DNA of 64,000 bases. Origin: Candidatus Latescibacterota bacterium (GTDB taxonomy: Bacteria; Latescibacterota; UBA2968; GCA-2709665). The notes under the pieces are model-generated. The model saw nothing but the letters and a program-made list of their open reading frames with translations, had not been told where the DNA came from and searched no databases. The translations under genes and the position numbers were made by a program. Of this stretch, positions 59,720-64,000 are shown one piece after another. The stretch is taken from NCBI GenBank assembly GCA_963662665.2, contig CAXXJS010000020.1:166510-230509 (forward strand), read 5' to 3'. Position 1 is the first letter of the stretch, and every line of letters begins with the position of its first letter.

Positions 59720-60332
59720 GTTTACATCCTTTCGCGCGCATTTACCTGGGCGCAGAAGTTTTCGACGTATACACTTCAAATTTCCAGTTTTTGTTTCCTT
59801 GGAATTGACCCGATTTGGAGGACAACAACTTGGATCTTCCACAGTTGGGCATTGATTGAATTCTGTCCAGAAACCGCGGGCTGGATCAACCGAATTCGCG
59901 CTTTTTTTCAAAAGAATCGCCGTGTCAACAGCGACACGGCCAAGGAATTCTTGCATCAAATCAGAGGCGCACGTTACAATCTAGCCACCCCGCTGGGCAT
60001 CGGTCCGAATCTTATCCCAATAACCAATGTAATCCTCTGTTTCTATTGGTATGCCCACGGTTATCAACATATTGAGTTAATCCTACCATAAAAAACACCG
60101 ACGGACTTCGTAGAACAAACGCCAACGCATTCAAGGGTCAGAGTTTCGTCGATCCGGAGGCGTATCGGATACAGACACTACGAGGCATCGTGCACTTCTT
60201 CACAGCATGTATTCCAGTTGGCGCCAGAGAGGGGAGACGCCGTCCACATTGGCTGTACACGGCTGTCATCCAATTTATCTTTTTGGCGGTTGTTGCCTAC
60301 AGGCTAACAACGCCTGCGACACGTTGAAAATA

Positions 60333-60602
60333 TGAGCTTAGCCTGACAGGACTAGACCACCATATACGCCCGTCCCAATAGCCTTGGCAGTCGAAATAAG
60401 CGATAATCCAATACTCCAAAAGACCATTGAACACCGATTGCCAGTCATTGACCGCTCCTTTCTCCCCCGTGTGCGGAGGCGTTTGTACAAGATCGTACAA
60501 GCCATCAACGTCAGAAAGCCGGCGAGACTAGCGATATGGCGGGAAGTTGAATCCCAACTTGCGGGACCTGTCAGGCCCAAAAGACCTGTCGGGCTAAGCT
60601 CA
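60333..60602. mobile_element. MITE-like or internally deleted IS remnant (270 bp)
   Basis: TGAGCTTAGCCTGACAGG ... CCTGTCGGGCTAAGCTCA (17/18 inverted match); extra subterminal GACCTGTCAGGC; no clear target duplication. Confidence 0.65.
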
Positions 60603-60795
60603 CAACTGAAAAGTTACCGCAGTTTTAAGGAAAAGTCAAACACAATGGATCCGACGAATTTCATACGAATTGCAGCGTTGAAAAACCTCTTGATGAATGC
60701 GGCACGATTGTACGTTGGAAATTGTCGACTTCATTACGGATCTGAGCACAGCATAGTCCTTCCGATCTTATTCTCGGTATTCGCACATTAGCGTT

Positions 60796-61614
60796 TCACG
60801 AAATCGTGATCTGGGGTCCAGGCTGTTCGTGTGCGTCGATCTGGTCCACGATCTGTCGGGCGATCTCCAGGAAGGTTTGTGCCTCGTCGGATTCCCCCGC
60901 CGCAATCGGATCGCCTTCGTCGCCACCCTTGCGAATGGCCGGCAGAATGGGCAGTTGACCGAGAAGCGGGACGTTGAATCCCTGGGCGATTCGGTCGCCG
61001 CCGCCGGCGCCGAAGATCGCTGCGGATTCGCCGCAGCACGGACAGGTGAAACCGCTCATGTTTTCCACGGCGCCCAGGATGGGGACGTCCACCTTGCGGA
61101 ACATTTCAACGCTTCTCGTGACGTCTTCCAACGCGACGTCCTGGGGCGTGGTGACAATAACCGCGCCGCTGAGCGGAACGGTTTGCGCGAGGGTAAGCTG
61201 GGCGTCGCCGGTACCCGGCGGGAGGTCGACTACGAGGTAATCGAGCGCGCCCCAGGCGACGTCGGACATGAACTGCTGGATCATTTTTCCCACGATGGGG
61301 CCGCGCCAGATCACGGGTGCGTCCTCGCCGGCGATAAGACCGAGAGACATCAGCTTGACACCGTGGTTTTCGAGGGGGATGATTTTGCCGCCCACCGCCC
61401 GGGGTTGTTCGGCGGCACCCAGCATCATGGGGACGTTGGGCCCGTAGATGTCGGCATCGAGGAGGCCGACTGTCTGACCCTGGCGCGCCAGGGCAACGGA
61501 CAGGTTCACGCTGACGGTGGTCTTGCCCACGCCTCCCTTGCCGCTGGATACGGCCACAATATGCTCGACCTCGGGGATGGGGCGGGGTTTCGGCATGCCG
61601 GGTGGCATTTGCAT
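60796..61614 (-). CDS. mrp: Mrp/ApbC (NBP35) Fe-S cluster carrier ATPase, short form
   Basis: SSGKGGVGKTT, DADIYGPN, IWRGP, DLPPGTGDAQ and ENMS..CPCC. Confidence 0.95.
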   Translation of the reverse strand: MQMPPGMPKPRPIPEVEHIVAVSSGKGGVGKTTVSVNLSVALARQGQTVGLLDADIYGPNVPMMLGAAEQPRAVGGKIIPLENHGVKLMSLGLIAGEDAPVIWRGPIVGKMIQQFMSDVAWGALDYLVVDLPPGTGDAQLTLAQTVPLSGAVIVTTPQDVALEDVTRSVEMFRKVDVPILGAVENMSGFTCPCCGESAAIFGAGGGDRIAQGFNVPLLGQLPILPAIRKGGDEGDPIAAGESDEAQTFLEIARQIVDQIDAHEQPGPQITIS

Positions 61615-61655
61615 GGGTTCGTTCCTTGACGTTGGGATCTGTATTGCAGGAGGCG

Positions 61656-62834
61656 CTACCTGCGCCGCTGTCTTGCGTTGGCGTATGGTGAAATTGTACG
61701 CAGCCGTCCGACTTCATCGATGACGCGTCCGGCCACGTGGTCGATCTCGGCTTGTGTGTTGAACCTCCCCAGACCGAAGCGTATGCTGCTTTCGGCGAGA
61801 CGGGTAGGCACACCCAGCGCCCGAAGCACGAATGAGGGTTCCAGCGCCGCCGAGGTACAGGCCGAGCCGGACGAGAGCGCGATGTCATCGAGGCCCACCA
61901 GCAGGCTCTCACCGTCCACGCCTTCGAAGCTGACGTTCAGGTTCCCGTCCAGTCGCTCCTCCGGATGTCCATTGAGAAAGATATCGTTCAGGCCATCGAA
62001 CAGACGTGATTTCAGGCGTTCCCGCAACGCCCGAAGCCGGACTCCTTCGGCAGCCATTTCCCCGCGCGCCAGTTCGCAGGCCGCACCGAGACCCGCAATG
62101 CCAGGGACGTTGAGCGTTCCCGAACGCATGCCGCGTTCGTGGCCGCCCCCGTCGATTTCCGCAACGAGGCGCACGCGCGGCCGGCTGCGAACGTAGAGCG
62201 CGCCAACGCCCTTGGGACCGTACAGTTTGTGGGCGGATATCGAGAGCAGGTCGATGCCGAGGGCCTGGACGTCGATGGGAACTTTGCCCACGGCCTGCGC
62301 GGCGTCGCAGTGGAAGAGGATGTTCCGTTCCCTGCAGGCGGCTCCAATATCGCCCAGTGGCTGTACGGTCCCGATTTCGTTGTTGGCCGCCATAATGGAG
62401 ACGAGCACGGTGTCGTCGCGGATCGCGTCCATGACGGTTTCCGGCGCAACCATCCCGTAACGGTCTACGGGCAGGACGGTGACGTCGAAACCCAGCCGTT
62501 CGAGCGCTTTACACGTATCGAGGACCGCGTGGTGCTCGGTGGCCTGGGTGATCAGGTGTCCGCCTCTGTCCCGGTTCACGGCGGCCACGCCCTTTATGGC
62601 CAGGTTGTCCGATTCGGTTGCGCCGCTGGTGAAGATGATATCCCTGGCGTCGGCATGGATCAGTTCCGCGATCTGTTCCCGCGCCCGGTCAACCGCGGCT
62701 TCAGCGGTCCACCCGAAGCTGTGGGTACGGCTGGCCGCATTGCCGAAATCTGCCTTGAAATAAGGCAGCATGGCGTCAAGTACTCGAGGATCCACCGGCG
62801 TGGTGGCCTGGTTGTCCATGTAGATATGCGTCAT
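61656..62834 (-). CDS. iscS: Cysteine desulfurase (IscS/NifS group I)
   Basis: [29 protein letters not shown] and SSGSACTS. Confidence 0.95.
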   Translation of the reverse strand: MTHIYMDNQATTPVDPRVLDAMLPYFKADFGNAASRTHSFGWTAEAAVDRAREQIAELIHADARDIIFTSGATESDNLAIKGVAAVNRDRGGHLITQATEHHAVLDTCKALERLGFDVTVLPVDRYGMVAPETVMDAIRDDTVLVSIMAANNEIGTVQPLGDIGAACRERNILFHCDAAQAVGKVPIDVQALGIDLLSISAHKLYGPKGVGALYVRSRPRVRLVAEIDGGGHERGMRSGTLNVPGIAGLGAACELARGEMAAEGVRLRALRERLKSRLFDGLNDIFLNGHPEERLDGNLNVSFEGVDGESLLVGLDDIALSSGSACTSAALEPSFVLRALGVPTRLAESSIRFGLGRFNTQAEIDHVAGRVIDEVGRLRTISPYANARQRRR

Positions 62835-62918
62835 AACGGTAACGGTCGGGAATGAGGATTTGGAATATGGAGAAACTGAAGGAAATATTGTCTAATAGAC
62901 TCGCGCCGCGACCGGCCT

Positions 62919-63036
62919 TGAAGGGGCAACCCTTGTGGTTGCCCGCCTTGCGGCGCTGACGTCAATCGTTTGGCATCTAGCTGATCGCTGGTCGACGTAC
63001 GGTATCTGTAGGGGCGACCGGCCGGTCGCCCCTACA
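62919..63036. repeat. Two GTAG-type REP-like elements
   Basis: TGAAGGGGCAACCCTTGTGGTTGCCCGCCTTGCGGCGCT (62919-62957) and the perfect 30-bp palindrome TGTAGGGGCGACCGGCCGGTCGCCCCTACA (63007-63036). Confidence 0.8.
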
Positions 63037-63124
63037 AAACCAGGCATCCGTGAATGGACGTCGCGGGTCCATATCGCTAACCGGTTTTGGCTGACCGCTG
63101 AAGGCTGTAAGCTATTTGCTGTCT

Positions 63125-64000
63125 TTAGTCGCCTTCGAAGAGTGCGGTTACGAAGGCCTCCGGTTCAAAGTCACTCAGATCATCCCGACCCTCACCCAGT
63201 CCGACCATGCGGACCGGGAGGCCGAGTTCGTCGGCAATGGCGATGACGATGCCGCCCCTGGCCGTGCCATCCAACTTGGCCAGAACAAGGCCGGTGATGC
63301 CAATGTCCGCCTGGAACTGCCGGGCCTGTGCTACGGCATTCTGTCCCGTCGTGGCGTCCAGGACCAGAAGGGATTCATGAGGGGCGCCCGGCAGACGCCT
63401 GCCCAGGACCCGATGGATTTTCTTGAGTTCCTCCATCAGATTGATACTGGTGTGCAGGCGGCCAGCGGTGTCGATCATGACGACGTCCATACCACGGGAC
63501 CTGGCGGCGGCAAGGGCGTCGTAGGCCACGGAGGCGGCGTCCGCGCCGGGCTGGTGGCGCACGATTTCCGCGCCCGAACGTTCGGCCCAGATGGATAACT
63601 GGTCGATCGCGGCTGCCCGATACGTGTCGCAGGCAGCCAGGAGTACCCGCTTGCCCTGAGCGGCGTACCGGCAGGCCAGTTTGCCGATCGTGGTCGTCTT
63701 GCCCGATCCGTTGACACCGGCGACCAGAATGACGTGGGGCGTGGTCACGGGTGGTTCGGAGAACCGGGGTTCGACGGCACGCAGAATCTCCAGCAGTTCG
63801 GTCTCAAGTTGTCGGCGGATCCACGCTTCCGACCGTTCCGGCGCCGCAGTGTGCCGCAGGCGTTCTCGCAGGCGGTCGATGATCCGCAGCGTCGCGCTGA
63901 CACCCACGTCTGCCCCGATAAGAATTTCCTCGATTTCCTCGAGTGTTTCATCATCCAGTCCGCGGCTGCGGCGCAGGACCTCGTTGATTTTTCCGGAAAG
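63125..64000 (-). CDS. ftsY: Signal recognition particle receptor FtsY, 5' end beyond the window
   Basis: GVNGSGKTTTIGKLA, DTYRAAA, DTAGRLH, DATTGQN and KLDGTARGG. Confidence 0.97.
   Translation of the reverse strand, partial: LSGKINEVLRRSRGLDDETLEEIEEILIGADVGVSATLRIIDRLRERLRHTAAPERSEAWIRRQLETELLEILRAVEPRFSEPPVTTPHVILVAGVNGSGKTTTIGKLACRYAAQGKRVLLAACDTYRAAAIDQLSIWAERSGAEIVRHQPGADAASVAYDALAAARSRGMDVVMIDTAGRLHTSINLMEELKKIHRVLGRRLPGAPHESLLVLDATTGQNAVAQARQFQADIGITGLVLAKLDGTARGGIVIAIADELGLPVRMVGLGEGRDDLSDFEPEAFVTALFEGD

Noticed and set aside
60287-60330. Possible integron attC site (GTTGTTGCCT-AC-AGGCTAACAAC bulged hairpin)
   Set aside because: Too short, lacks the paired R/L box arrangement, and there is no integrase or cassette array.
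60384-60791. 135-aa plus-strand ORF in the low-GC islet
   Set aside because: It crosses the MITE-like boundary and has no RBS or recognisable domain.

Overview
High-GC bacterial chromosomal window. The GWxTD proteins, the DUF4292/TPR lipoprotein pair and the many UxuA, PhyH, Gfo/Idh/MocA and aldo-keto reductase paralogues suggest an FCB-group lineage such as Ca. Latescibacterota or Gemmatimonadota; this is inference only. 1-25 kb is a dense block of catabolic enzymes: aapJ (partial), a dimethylformamidase-like protein, a SolA-like oxidase, tandem UxuA-like dehydratases, a heparinase II/III-like lyase, an amidohydrolase-fold enzyme with a Rieske protein, a cobalt-type nitrile hydratase downstream of two PhyH dioxygenases (one with a halogenase-like HxG motif), and a B12 radical SAM enzyme. 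25-30 kb holds a glycosyltransferase, an orphan RnfD/NqrB-like gene, hpf and an NnrS-like gene. 30-46.5 kb is the most unusual part: a lipoprotein with 30 uninterrupted 9-residue xxxxxxPDG repeats and a CAP domain, followed by five tandem exported TPR-GWxTD paralogues. These show patchwork sequence sharing, and the last is split by an IS1380-family element with a CTAT target duplication. 47-64 kb is mostly housekeeping (purF, rnr, sodN, CIRCE-groESL, moeB-like, mrp, iscS, partial ftsY). It is interrupted by a low-GC islet with a putative pPIWI-associating nuclease-domain gene and a MITE-like remnant. Several families of REP-like palindromes fill the intergenic spacers. I found no rRNA, tRNA or CRISPR array. 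All family calls come from motif recognition by eye, not database searches.
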